From the NCBI GenBank assembly GCA_028820845.1, contig JAPPII010000119.1, forward strand, positions 1,228 to 65,227: a DNA stretch of 64,000 nt. Direction: 5' to 3'. Made by a program: the position numbers and the translations under genes. How positions within the stretch are numbered: the stretch's first letter is position 1; the number at the start of each line of letters is the position of its first letter. This document shows positions 8,888 through 18,352 of the stretch, one piece after another. The notes below the pieces were generated by a model. That model did no database searches, was not told the DNA's origin, and saw only the letters and a program-made list of their open reading frames with translations. Source of the DNA: Candidatus Poribacteria bacterium (GTDB lineage: Bacteria; Poribacteria; WGA-4E; WGA-3G).

Positions 8888-10353
8888 GTAAACAGAAAAA
8901 ACTGATTGTCGGTGCGATCTTTCTTGGTGCCGTTTTAATGCTAATCACGTTATTCTTGCTGCTGCCACGAAAGTCGGACCTTACCCTCAAAGCACCGGCA
9001 CCCCCGCGAGCAGTCACACCCGTGCCATTACCGCCCCCTATCCCTTCAACTATTGTTGCGAAAGCAGACCTGCCAATACAAGATGTCAAACAATTAACGG
9101 AGTCCGTCCTCAAAGACTATCTCAGTAAGCCGATCAAGTGGAAAGATGGCATTATTGATGCCTCTATCAATTTACACCTCGATGCGCTGACAATGACAAG
9201 CGCGGCTGATGGAACGGTATCAGTCCGAAGTCCGTTTCGGTTCAACGGTTGGATACGCGTCTCAAAGGAAATTTTTGGGAAGGTCCTCGAAAAACGCGAA
9301 AATTTTGAAGGGAAAGCGACGGCATCTTTAACCCTCACACCAACGCTTAATCCTGACTGGCGCATTACCACAAAAACTACCTCTGACATCTCTATTCAGA
9401 AAGCAGAACTTGAAATTTTGGGGATTACAGTCTCAGTCCGCCGGATTCTTACCGAATTGGTCAGAGAGAAAGTCCTTCCGAAATTAGAGGATCTCATCGT
9501 CAAATATATCACCAGTATAGATATAAAAACGCGAGTTGCGGGTTTATGGGCAAAACTCTATGAACCGATGGTCCTAAAACAAACGCCTCCAATCGTTCTT
9601 ATCATGGAGCCGCTGGAAATTCTGTCAGAAAACCTATCAAGCGATGGAGAGATGCTCTTCCTCAGCTTCGGCATAAAAACGTACATTCAAGCCAACATCG
9701 GAGAGACCTCAACCGATTCAGTCTCCCACGTGGGTCCCCGCGCCGATTTGCCGAATATTCATTTCGTGGATTCACTCGAATCCGGCTACCATATTATCGC
9801 GCCAATCGACGTAACTTACGCTACTATTGAAAACTTCGCCAAGCCGCATGTCGAAAAAACACACAAACTCAAAGGTGTTGACACATTCGTTGAAAATTTA
9901 ACACTCCACGGTAGCGGTACGCAGCTGGCGGCAGGTGTTGGATTTAGCATGCCATCTTTCGGAGCAAACGGGCAGCTTTACATGCTCGGAACACTTGTGT
10001 ATAACGCAACCACAACATCGCTTTCTGTCACCGAATTCGATTATTCTCTGACAACCCAAAGCCTACTCTTAGAAGTCGCTGAACATGTAGGCGAAGGGAT
10101 TTTCCCAAATCTACGCACGACTGTTGAAGAAAAGCTTCTTTTTCCTTTAGAAGCAGAACTCACGACACTGCGTGAAAGATTATCAGACGTTATCGCAGAC
10201 CGTTCGATCGATCCTTACCTCCACTTGCACGGCACTGTTGATACCCTCACACCAGAGACGCTCTATCTCACACAGGAAGGTGTGCGCGTCCCCGTCCGTT
10301 TACAAGGCAACTTGACATGTGAAATTACTCTCAACGCCTCAAACGCGCCATAG
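8884..10353 (+). CDS. Hypothetical membrane-anchored protein (possibly DUF4403-like, unverified)
   Basis: N-terminal TM LIVGAIFLGAVLMLITLFLLL, Pro-rich linker, ~430-aa soluble part. ATGA overlap with the solA stop at 8884-8887. Confidence 0.65.
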   Translation: MSKQKKLIVGAIFLGAVLMLITLFLLLPRKSDLTLKAPAPPRAVTPVPLPPPIPSTIVAKADLPIQDVKQLTESVLKDYLSKPIKWKDGIIDASINLHLDALTMTSAADGTVSVRSPFRFNGWIRVSKEIFGKVLEKRENFEGKATASLTLTPTLNPDWRITTKTTSDISIQKAELEILGITVSVRRILTELVREKVLPKLEDLIVKYITSIDIKTRVAGLWAKLYEPMVLKQTPPIVLIMEPLEILSENLSSDGEMLFLSFGIKTYIQANIGETSTDSVSHVGPRADLPNIHFVDSLESGYHIIAPIDVTYATIENFAKPHVEKTHKLKGVDTFVENLTLHGSGTQLAAGVGFSMPSFGANGQLYMLGTLVYNATTTSLSVTEFDYSLTTQSLLLEVAEHVGEGIFPNLRTTVEEKLLFPLEAELTTLRERLSDVIADRSIDPYLHLHGTVDTLTPETLYLTQEGVRVPVRLQGNLTCEITLNASNAP

Positions 10354-10389
10354 CCCTGAACGCATCGGTTCGCACTTCAAAGCAGAAAA

Positions 10390-12411
10390 CTATATCCAGC
10401 TATACACCGCCGACCTCAGCACAAGGCTTAACAGGGGCCAGAAGCATCCCATCAAAGCCTCGCCCAACACCAAACCGATGAAAAACGGTACTGCTTTCCG
10501 ATACGCATTGATACCGCCGAGTCGTAAGATAATCCATTTTGTCACCATCGCAATGAACAACGGAAACCAGATTACATCCGTCGTTCCCGGTGCAACGCCA
10601 ATCACATAGCCAGCTGGATGTAAGGGACACCACACGAAACGCGACCGCAAAAATATAATCCCCAAATTCGCCGCAAAGGCTAACCCTAACACCGAGGTTG
10701 CGAGCCAGTCTGTCGGCTTCGGGCTCACCAACCACGACGAAAGAAAGTTGTAGGTATCCGCACCACCGGCATGGATCTGCTCCGAACCCGCGGCAACCCC
10801 CTCACTATAAATCGCATACGGATAGAGAATAAGTCCCGATAAGATACCGGCGAGACTCGCAATGACCAATACGCCGAACATTGTCCGGTTTCGGATACCT
10901 GTGCGCTCGGCAAGCTTGAACGCCTCTAATTGGTCGGGCATTGGATGCGTCCGGAAAGAGGCGTAACTTGCGCCACTGAGCCAATTCAACAACGAGAGCA
11001 TTGTCAGATTTCCCGCTCGTAAACGTCGCGTGCCCAGCAGCGAAATTATCATATATTGCGGTGTTAGATAACCGATAGCGTGGATTGGTGGCCCCAGTTC
11101 CGCCCGCATTCGCGTCAATCCGACCACAATCAGAAGATAAACACATATAAAAATTGCAAACGCCCAGAGCGTCATTCCGCTACGAACACAAAAAATTGCG
11201 AGGAGCAGTACACAGACTCCAAGCGTTATGACAGCACTCCGATGCGAGATTGCTTCAGTTCGCGACTCAGCGCGATTCGGACGCACGACTTGTTTTAGCA
11301 CAGATGTCAAGTGATGTCGGGCATACCAGCACGCAATCGCGAGGAGTGCCAATAACGCCCCTGCCCCCTGTTCTCCTAAAAACGGGTAGCCTTGTAATGT
11401 TGCTATACCTACCGCACTTCCGAATAGGAGCTGGACTTTCTTCATAAGGTAGAAAAACGTACACGAGAACGCTAAGTCTAAGGGTAAAATAAAAGAGAAG
11501 CCTATGAGATAGGGATGAAACCGTAAGGGTGTACTGCCCATTGCGTTCCACGGTTTCTGGGTAAAATAGATATTAAGGTTATATTCTCTGACAGGAATGT
11601 GCGGAAGCACGGGAAAAAAGAATTGCAATCCGTTGAGTAGGTTGATGCCCACGGCTATCGCGAAGCCAAACCAGAGCAACCGATTAAAAAAGATGCGACG
11701 GTTGGTCGTAATCTCAAGTGGGATTTGGATAATCGGATACGCCAGCTTTTCGTTTTCTATCCACTGCTTGCGGATGATAGAGGTCAAACACAAGAAGATC
11801 ATCATCAACAGGAAAATAACCACCGACCAAGAGAGTATCGGTACAATCCAGTGCTGTACATACCCTTCTGTAAAAAAGTTGACCTCGCCTTCATAAAAAT
11901 CGTTGACCGCTCTTGGGTCTTTTACCACAAGCCATTCTGGAAGATAATGGAAGAGCAATGCCTCCCAATCGTTCTCTGGGGTCGCGAAGCGAAACGCGTA
12001 AGGTATCAGTCCCATAAGGCGTGGCAGACAATCGTGTCCGGAAAACGCGCTGCCCACAGCGAGCATGCTGTAAACCACAAGCAGATCGCGCGGCTGTAGC
12101 GCGACCCGCGGAAAAATACGCTGGACCCCCATGTTCAGCAGTGTCATCATCAAAATGCCAAACATCACATTGACAGACATTGCAACCGTCGTCAGATGTG
12201 CGGTATGCCAGATCATTTCTACATACGCTATCCAGTAGCTATTCGCGATAATGAGAACCGTGCCAATTAATACCGCACGTTTTGCAATCCGCTGCGAGGA
12301 ATGCCGATCCGTATTTTGCATATCTTTAGGAGAAGGACGAAAGTAACTTAGTTTTTCAGTAGCCTTAGGTGTCTGTTCGCTGCTCACCAGCAACAGGTGG
12401 GGCCCGAGCAC
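10390..12411 (-). CDS. Large polytopic integral membrane protein, unknown function
   Basis: Many hydrophobic helices along 673 aa. No transporter signature recognised. Start uncertain (GTG 12411 or ATG 12321). Confidence 0.7.
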   Translation of the reverse strand: MLGPHLLLVSSEQTPKATEKLSYFRPSPKDMQNTDRHSSQRIAKRAVLIGTVLIIANSYWIAYVEMIWHTAHLTTVAMSVNVMFGILMMTLLNMGVQRIFPRVALQPRDLLVVYSMLAVGSAFSGHDCLPRLMGLIPYAFRFATPENDWEALLFHYLPEWLVVKDPRAVNDFYEGEVNFFTEGYVQHWIVPILSWSVVIFLLMMIFLCLTSIIRKQWIENEKLAYPIIQIPLEITTNRRIFFNRLLWFGFAIAVGINLLNGLQFFFPVLPHIPVREYNLNIYFTQKPWNAMGSTPLRFHPYLIGFSFILPLDLAFSCTFFYLMKKVQLLFGSAVGIATLQGYPFLGEQGAGALLALLAIACWYARHHLTSVLKQVVRPNRAESRTEAISHRSAVITLGVCVLLLAIFCVRSGMTLWAFAIFICVYLLIVVGLTRMRAELGPPIHAIGYLTPQYMIISLLGTRRLRAGNLTMLSLLNWLSGASYASFRTHPMPDQLEAFKLAERTGIRNRTMFGVLVIASLAGILSGLILYPYAIYSEGVAAGSEQIHAGGADTYNFLSSWLVSPKPTDWLATSVLGLAFAANLGIIFLRSRFVWCPLHPAGYVIGVAPGTTDVIWFPLFIAMVTKWIILRLGGINAYRKAVPFFIGLVLGEALMGCFWPLLSLVLRSAVYSWI

Positions 12412-12742
12412 CTAAAAACTAAATCGTTCTGGTGTATATTTTGGTTAGAAAACTTAGAATTGTAGATTGGAGTGGGTGTTAGCGTCTATCTTGCGAGTCG
12501 CAACCTACCCTATGTTGAAATCTATAATTTTTTCTATGCTATATCCGTGATAATATGTTATACTAAATGTAGGTGGTTGTCAAGATTTTTATTGGATAGG
12601 CGAAACCTTTCGGCGAGAAATTATCAGGTTTCGTCATTGGCGCTGCCACTGCACTGTTTAACACAAATTTTTATGTAGAGGTGCCTTACGTTTTAAGGAA
12701 AATCGCATCTATCGTATAGACAAAGAATAAGGAGAAATTGGC

Positions 12743-13855
12743 ATGGAACTAACTTTTGAAAGAGATGATCTCCTGTATGCCCTACAGGTACTACAAGGCG
12801 TTGCGAGTGGACGGAACACTTTACCTATCCTCTCAAATGTTCTCATCCACGCGGAAGGGAACAGTATCGAATGTATGGCAACCGACCTCGAAATCGGTAT
12901 CAGAATGAAGGTCGAAGGCAAGGTTACAGAGGAGGGAGCAATTACCGTTTCTGCGAAAAAATTGGGCGATATCGTCAAAGAGCTCCCCAGCGATAAACCG
13001 ATAGATCTCGCAACTACCGCCAACGATCGCGTTGAGCTCATCTGCGGGGACGGTGTTTACAAAATTATTGGGATGCCCGATGAAGAGTTCCCACAACTCC
13101 CTTCTGTTGAAGGTAATGCTGTCGCTATCGGTGGAGAAACGTTGCGCGACGTTCTCCAAAAAACGGAATTCGCAGCTTCCACAGAGGAGGTCCGATACTT
13201 CCTAAACGGACTCTATTTTAATTTCCTTGACGAGAAAACCGAAGTCGTCGCTACCGATGGCAAACGCCTCGCCCTTGCACACTGCGAACCCCTTAACTCT
13301 CCCGGCGAAGCCAAGGGATTTATCGTCCCACTTAAAGCCGTCCGAGAGATTGAACGGACGTTTGCGGAATCTGGCGAAGTTAATGTTTCTGTCTTTGAAA
13401 ATCAAATCCTTTTTACCGACGGAGATGCCACTTTAACAACCCGACTTGTCGACGGCGAATATCCGAGTTATCAGAAAATCATCCCTGAAACCAGCGAAGG
13501 CAAGACAACCGTCTCAAAGGAACATATCCTCCGTGCAACTCGGCGGGTCGCTGTGCTCTCAAACCCAAAAAACTTTTCCATCTCTTTAGAGATTGATACA
13601 GAACAGATTCGGGTCTCCGCGAAGACCCCCGAATTAGGTGAAGCACACGAAACATTGCCGGTTGAGTCGAGCACTGGAACCGTCCGAATCGGTTTTGACG
13701 CACGGTTGCTGGTAGAGGCGTTCGCCCATATCGAAACTGAGTCTTTGTCAATTGAATTTTCAGGCGAGTTGAATCCTGTCCTTATTAAACCCGTTGGCAC
13801 GGACAACTATCTCACCCTTATCATGCCGATGCGTTTGGAGCCTGTTTCGGCATAA
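12743..13855 (+). CDS. dnaN: DNA polymerase III beta sliding clamp
   Basis: MELTFERDDLLYALQVLQGVASGRNTLPILSNVLIHAEGNSIECMATDLEIGIRM and full-length three-domain size (370 aa). SD AAGGAG. Confidence 0.95.
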   Translation: MELTFERDDLLYALQVLQGVASGRNTLPILSNVLIHAEGNSIECMATDLEIGIRMKVEGKVTEEGAITVSAKKLGDIVKELPSDKPIDLATTANDRVELICGDGVYKIIGMPDEEFPQLPSVEGNAVAIGGETLRDVLQKTEFAASTEEVRYFLNGLYFNFLDEKTEVVATDGKRLALAHCEPLNSPGEAKGFIVPLKAVREIERTFAESGEVNVSVFENQILFTDGDATLTTRLVDGEYPSYQKIIPETSEGKTTVSKEHILRATRRVAVLSNPKNFSISLEIDTEQIRVSAKTPELGEAHETLPVESSTGTVRIGFDARLLVEAFAHIETESLSIEFSGELNPVLIKPVGTDNYLTLIMPMRLEPVSA

Positions 13856-13893
13856 CTGACAGGATCGTTTTGGCAGGTTCTCCAGACATGACG

Positions 13894-13918
13894 CTGGTGC
13901 GGTAGCAAACCGCACCAG
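13894..13918. repeat. Perfect 10-bp hairpin of the GGTGCGGTT...AACCGCACC family
   Basis: CTGGTGCGGT AGCAA ACCGCACCAG followed by TAG. Related copies at 28409-28433, 47869-47895, 49758-49781 and 58213-58237. Confidence 0.8.
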
Positions 13919-13986
13919 TAGTCGGTCTAATTACTGTGCCAATCGCAATCAGGGTTACAAACCCATCCTACAATTCGGACCAAACA

Positions 13987-14907
13987 CTAATCTATCTCGA
14001 CACCGGACATCTGCTCTAATGCCAACATCAAGGCTTGGGTTCCCAATCTACCGTGCCCTTGTGCTTGTACTGCCGTGTAAAGTTGATGTACCAACGCCAA
14101 ACCCGGTAGACTTAAATTCATTTTGCGTGCCTCGTCCAAAGCGATACTCATATCTTTGATGAAATGCTCCACGAAGAAACCGGGATCGAAGTTGCGTTGC
14201 AGCACCCGTGGTGCTAAGTTATCAAGGGACCAACACGCCGCTGCGCCACCGCTAATTGAGGACAACATCGTCTCCAAATCCAAACCGGCTCTGTAGCCGT
14301 AAATCAACCCTTCGCAGACCCCAATCATCGTTCCAGAAATCGTAATTTGGTTACACATTTTGGTGTGCTGTCCCGCGCCTGCGCCACCTTGATGCACAAT
14401 ATTTTTACCCATCGCCTCAAAGAGCGGCATTACAGCTTGCACAGCAGCCTCATCCCCACCGACCATAATCGAGAGGCGTGCTTCTCGGGCTCCGACATCG
14501 CCGCCCGAAACAGGAGCATCCACCGACGAAACATCTTGTGCCTGCGCTGCAGCATAAATTTCCTGCGCCAGTGACGGCTCGGTTGTTGTCATATCAACGA
14601 TGATACTTCCAGACTTCGCACCCTTCAAGATGCCGTTATCGCCGAGATAGACCTCCCGGACATCCGGTGGAAATCCGACTATTGTGAAGATAATATCGGA
14701 AGTCGCTGCAACATCTTCCGGCGAATCTGCCCACGCTGCGCCTGCCTCCAGAAGTGGATCCGCTTTCGATTTCGTTCGGTTATAGACCGTCATCGCGTAT
14801 CCCAAATCCATTAGATGTTGACACATCCAGCGTCCCATGACCCCGGTGCCAATCCAGCCGAGCTTTGTTGTCGTAGGTTCAATTTTCTCATAAGTAGTAG
14901 CTGCCAT
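13987..14907 (-). CDS. NAD(P)-dependent beta-hydroxyacid dehydrogenase (3-hydroxyisobutyrate/2-hydroxy-3-oxopropionate reductase family)
   Basis: [17 protein letters not shown] Rossmann motif, typical ~300-aa length and C-terminal 6PGD-like helical domain. SD AAGGAAA. Confidence 0.85.
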   Translation of the reverse strand: MAATTYEKIEPTTTKLGWIGTGVMGRWMCQHLMDLGYAMTVYNRTKSKADPLLEAGAAWADSPEDVAATSDIIFTIVGFPPDVREVYLGDNGILKGAKSGSIIVDMTTTEPSLAQEIYAAAQAQDVSSVDAPVSGGDVGAREARLSIMVGGDEAAVQAVMPLFEAMGKNIVHQGGAGAGQHTKMCNQITISGTMIGVCEGLIYGYRAGLDLETMLSSISGGAAACWSLDNLAPRVLQRNFDPGFFVEHFIKDMSIALDEARKMNLSLPGLALVHQLYTAVQAQGHGRLGTQALMLALEQMSGVEID

Positions 14908-14954
14908 AATTTTCCTTTCAGACGTAGTGTCTCATTCATGCCTTTTTTATCCGA

Positions 14955-15800
14955 TTACGATTCAACGAGTGTCAAGGTAAGGCTAATATCCATCGGCATC
15001 GCCGAGTGAGTGAGTGCTCCAACAGATATGAGGTTCACCCCTGTCGCTGCGACAGCCTGCACCCGATCCAGCATAATCCCACCTGACGCTTCAGTTATCA
15101 CCCGATCGCCTACCTCTTGAACAACGCCTCGCATAATGCCAAGCGGCATATTGTCAAGGAGTAAGATGTCCGCGCCTGCTGCCAATGCCTCGTCAACTTG
15201 GTCAACGGTCTCAATTTCAATCTCTATCTTCGCCGTATGTGGAACAATCTCCCGTGCCCGCCGCACGGCATTGTGAACACCACCAGCAGCAACGATATGG
15301 TTATCCTTGATTAGCACCCCGTCGTAGAGACCAAAACGGTGGTTGGAACCGCCGCCGACGCGGACAGCATATTTTTGAACCGCGCGCCATCCGGCTGCAG
15401 TCTTCCGAGTGTCCACTATTTTGGCATCATAGTCAGAGACGGCTTCCACAAATTGTGCCGTGAGCGTCGCTATTCCTGAAAGCCGCTGTAGGAAATTAAG
15501 AGCAGTCCGCTCACCTATCAGAATCGCCTTGGCACTGCCTTGTACTTCAGCAATCGGGGTCCCTGCCTTCACTGCATCCCCATCACTGACAAGGGCTCGA
15601 AATCCCAACGTCTCATCCAATTTCGCGAAGACGCGTTCGGCGACCGGTAGTCCTGCGACGATACCGTCACTCTTGGCAAGTAGGGTTCCTATACCCTTCC
15701 GCGTAGGCGGCACTGTTGCCTCTGTCGTTATATCGCCAATACCAATATCTTCCGCAAACGCCAAGTCAATTAGGGAATCCAATGAACGCAGATTAAGCAT
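14955..15800 (-). CDS. nadC: Nicotinate-nucleotide pyrophosphorylase (carboxylating)
   Basis: GERTALNFLQRLSGIATLT, DTRKTAAGWRAVQKYAVRVGGGSNHRFGLYDGVLIKDNHI. Confidence 0.9.
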   Translation of the reverse strand: MLNLRSLDSLIDLAFAEDIGIGDITTEATVPPTRKGIGTLLAKSDGIVAGLPVAERVFAKLDETLGFRALVSDGDAVKAGTPIAEVQGSAKAILIGERTALNFLQRLSGIATLTAQFVEAVSDYDAKIVDTRKTAAGWRAVQKYAVRVGGGSNHRFGLYDGVLIKDNHIVAAGGVHNAVRRAREIVPHTAKIEIEIETVDQVDEALAAGADILLLDNMPLGIMRGVVQEVGDRVITEASGGIMLDRVQAVAATGVNLISVGALTHSAMPMDISLTLTLVES

Positions 15801-15807
15801 CTAACCC

Positions 15808-16722
15808 TTAATACCTTTCCAAATAGGGTGTTAGGAATTTCTTTGCGTCTTCCGTGACATCCCAAGCATTGGGCCAGAAACAGAGATCGATGGAGAACCA
15901 ATCGCCGTCGTATCCAGTCTCTTCCATGATGACTGGAATAATCGCGTCAAAGTCGAGGACACCATCTCCGAAAGGCGCGTGTGTGCTTGTTTCGTCGTCA
16001 TGGAGCGTATTATCGGAATCGATAAGGTGGAAATGACCGATTTGCCCTTTCAGTTGCCGTGCAAGGTCGATGACCCCATTCTCACCGAGTGTCTCCTGTT
16101 CTCCGGGCTGCCTGGCACCGACAACGGCACACATTTGTGCGTGGCAGGTATCGAACATCACCTTGAAATTCGGGTGGTCGACTGCCTTCGGCATTTCAAT
16201 AATCTCGCTGGGTTTGTTGAACATAAATCCGGGTTCAAATTCCCAGAGCATCAGCACACCATGATCTTCAGCGACTTGCGCGCAGCGCCGCCAGACGGAA
16301 ACGATCCGATCCCACGCTTCCTCACGCTCAACGCCCTCCACGCCTGCTTCGGGATCGCTCACTGTATCGACTCGGATAGCCGGTGAGCCGAGGTCCAACG
16401 CGAGCTGGAGACTCTCTTTGAAGAGTTTGTAATACCTATCGTCCTCTTGTGCCTCATCTGTAGCGGGCCCGGGGTGCGACCAGAAATCTGCCGCCAATCC
16501 AGAGACCTCTAAACCGTAATAGGCGATTAAGCCCCTGACGGCATCCCGCTCACTTTTCATGGGATAGTCGTTAATGTCAATATGCGGTTTAAACGCTCCA
16601 ATTTCAATACCATCAAATTCAAGTTCGCTGAGTGTCTTGACGACGGTATCAAACGGAATCGGGTTATCTTCATAGGGCCCAAACGCGTAAGCCCAACTTC
16701 CAATTGACAATTTTTTTGCCAT
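15808..16722 (-). CDS. Sugar phosphate isomerase/epimerase (xylose isomerase-like TIM barrel)
   Basis: Typical AP-endonuclease-2/xylose-isomerase-like TIM barrel pattern (FDGIEI..., MFDTCHAQM, HFHLIDSD). ATG 16722 follows SD GGAG, which the TTG at 16734 would include. Confidence 0.8.
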   Translation of the reverse strand: MAKKLSIGSWAYAFGPYEDNPIPFDTVVKTLSELEFDGIEIGAFKPHIDINDYPMKSERDAVRGLIAYYGLEVSGLAADFWSHPGPATDEAQEDDRYYKLFKESLQLALDLGSPAIRVDTVSDPEAGVEGVEREEAWDRIVSVWRRCAQVAEDHGVLMLWEFEPGFMFNKPSEIIEMPKAVDHPNFKVMFDTCHAQMCAVVGARQPGEQETLGENGVIDLARQLKGQIGHFHLIDSDNTLHDDETSTHAPFGDGVLDFDAIIPVIMEETGYDGDWFSIDLCFWPNAWDVTEDAKKFLTPYLERY

Positions 16723-16747
16723 GTTTTTCTCCAAATTTTTTAAACTT

Positions 16748-16868
16748 AGGACTTACGCAATTTTGGCGGCAGGACACTTTGTGAGAGGAAGATGCCCTGA
16801 GAAACACAAGCGTTTTGGATGCACAACCTAACAGGTTATGCTACAAAAGAGCATTCTGCGTCAGTCCT
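16748..16868. repeat. 121-bp MITE-like element with 12-bp terminal inverted repeats
   Basis: AGGACTTACGCA at 16748-16759 and TGCGTCAGTCCT at 16857-16868 (11/12 complementary). Internal hairpin CAACCT-AAC-AGGTT followed by GCTAC. Same termini as the element at 28341-28452. Confidence 0.6.
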
Positions 16869-16880
16869 GAAACTATTGAA

Positions 16881-18098
16881 TTATGATATACCCCTGACCA
16901 AATCCTGGACTACTGTCTCAAGTTCAAGGGTTATCTGCTCCACTGTCTCTCTTTTCTGTGCCTTATAGGTATCGTAATATTCTCGGAGATTTTTGGGTTC
17001 ACCGACACGGACGGATGCGACCCTTGGACCCCGCATTTTTGACGTACCAAAGACTTCTCTCTCCAGACGGATGATCACTTCAAGAAATCGCTCCGGCGAC
17101 TGCTCTTCAGCAACATACCCATCCGAAATTGCTATGAAATTAATTAACCGCTCCAAATCTGGATAGAATTGTTGAAATTTCTGGAGCAGCTCCTCATGTA
17201 TCTTCTGTTCATATTCGGTCATCTGATCAATGTCTCTATAGACTTCAGCATCGACCAAGTTTTTCAATGCCCGGACCCTTGTGAGTACATCAGCGTTAGT
17301 GTCGATCCCCATGATTCTTTCAGCATGGGATAAAATGTGCTCTTTCATTCTTTGGATGTGTACATCAAGCGGTACGGTTTCATCCACCTTGTATTGATAT
17401 TCGGCTGCAAGCGTTCTGAACATTGTCACACCGATGCGTCGCAACCGATCATAGCGTTCAACCGACTTTCGTTCGGCAGGTGGTAGAATGCTCTCCTCTA
17501 ATTCTGTGAGGGCAGCATCAATGTCGCCCCACATGTCTTGTGGATAACGGTATTTGATCCCGATAGGAACAACATAAAGCGGTTTGCTGACTTCCGCCTT
17601 CGCCATATCGTCCAACGCCCAGAAACAGAGTTGTACAATCCCCCTCTCAAAGCGCATAACAGTGTCATTCTGCAGCGAAATTTCCCCTTCCGCGAAGATA
17701 ACAAGGGATGCGTTGTCTTCAGATAGGAGTGCCCGCGTTGTGCGGAAGGCGTTTCGGTCGGCGGTGCCCCGCACAATTGAATAAGCACCGAACCGTTGCA
17801 ACAGAAAACTGCGTAAACCGCCGAATCTTCCTTTGTCAAAGGTCTCCCGTGCAGTCAGGTAGTAATACTGCTGAGAGAGTTCTTTGGACAAGAGGAATGT
17901 AACGGCAGGATCGGCACGTGCCGCATGATTGGGTGCTAATACGGTAGGGTAGCCATCTGTCATTTTTAGACGGGCAATAGATTCCGCATCAACATCCAAC
18001 GCCAATCCCTTCAAACACAAGCGGTTGACAAGCGGCATAAGTGCTTTCGCAACCTGAATTGCGGTTGTACTCGGTTTAGGGGGTTTAAAATCTAACAT
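16881..18098 (-). CDS. Glycerolipid acyltransferase (PlsC/GPAT-like)
   Basis: HX4D motif NHAARAD and motif III FAEGEIS. 405 aa with a long C-terminal helical extension. Confidence 0.75.
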   Translation of the reverse strand: MLDFKPPKPSTTAIQVAKALMPLVNRLCLKGLALDVDAESIARLKMTDGYPTVLAPNHAARADPAVTFLLSKELSQQYYYLTARETFDKGRFGGLRSFLLQRFGAYSIVRGTADRNAFRTTRALLSEDNASLVIFAEGEISLQNDTVMRFERGIVQLCFWALDDMAKAEVSKPLYVVPIGIKYRYPQDMWGDIDAALTELEESILPPAERKSVERYDRLRRIGVTMFRTLAAEYQYKVDETVPLDVHIQRMKEHILSHAERIMGIDTNADVLTRVRALKNLVDAEVYRDIDQMTEYEQKIHEELLQKFQQFYPDLERLINFIAISDGYVAEEQSPERFLEVIIRLEREVFGTSKMRGPRVASVRVGEPKNLREYYDTYKAQKRETVEQITLELETVVQDLVRGIS

Positions 18099-18106
18099 TT
18101 TATAGT

Positions 18107-18205
18107 TTTCAGTCTTCAGTTAACAGTTAACAATCACAAGAGGTTTTGGGTCAAAAAATTCTCTTTAACTGACTGTTGACAACTGACAACTACTGTTCTG
18201 TCACA
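18107..18205. repeat. Heptamer repeats arranged as inverted arms
   Basis: TTTTCAG TCTTCAG TTAACAG TTAACAA on the left, TTAACTG ACTGTTG ACAACTG ACAACTA on the right, around a ~25-nt spacer. Confidence 0.75.
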
Positions 18206-18352
18206 TCTAAACTGAGAGGCAGTTTGTAATAGGGAAACCATTCATTGCCCGTTCTGACGTGCGATAAATCGCACTACTACGAACCGGGGTTTCCCCATCA
18301 TTTGAAGGTTGACAGACTACTACGCTTCGGCACACAGGGCGTACCTAATTTT

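Noticed and set aside
12412-12742. Possible oriC / DnaA boxes upstream of dnaN
   Set aside because: The best matches to TTATCCACA are only about 6/9 (e.g. ATATCCGTG, TATCCAATA) and are not clustered. This is insufficient without a genome-wide skew analysis.
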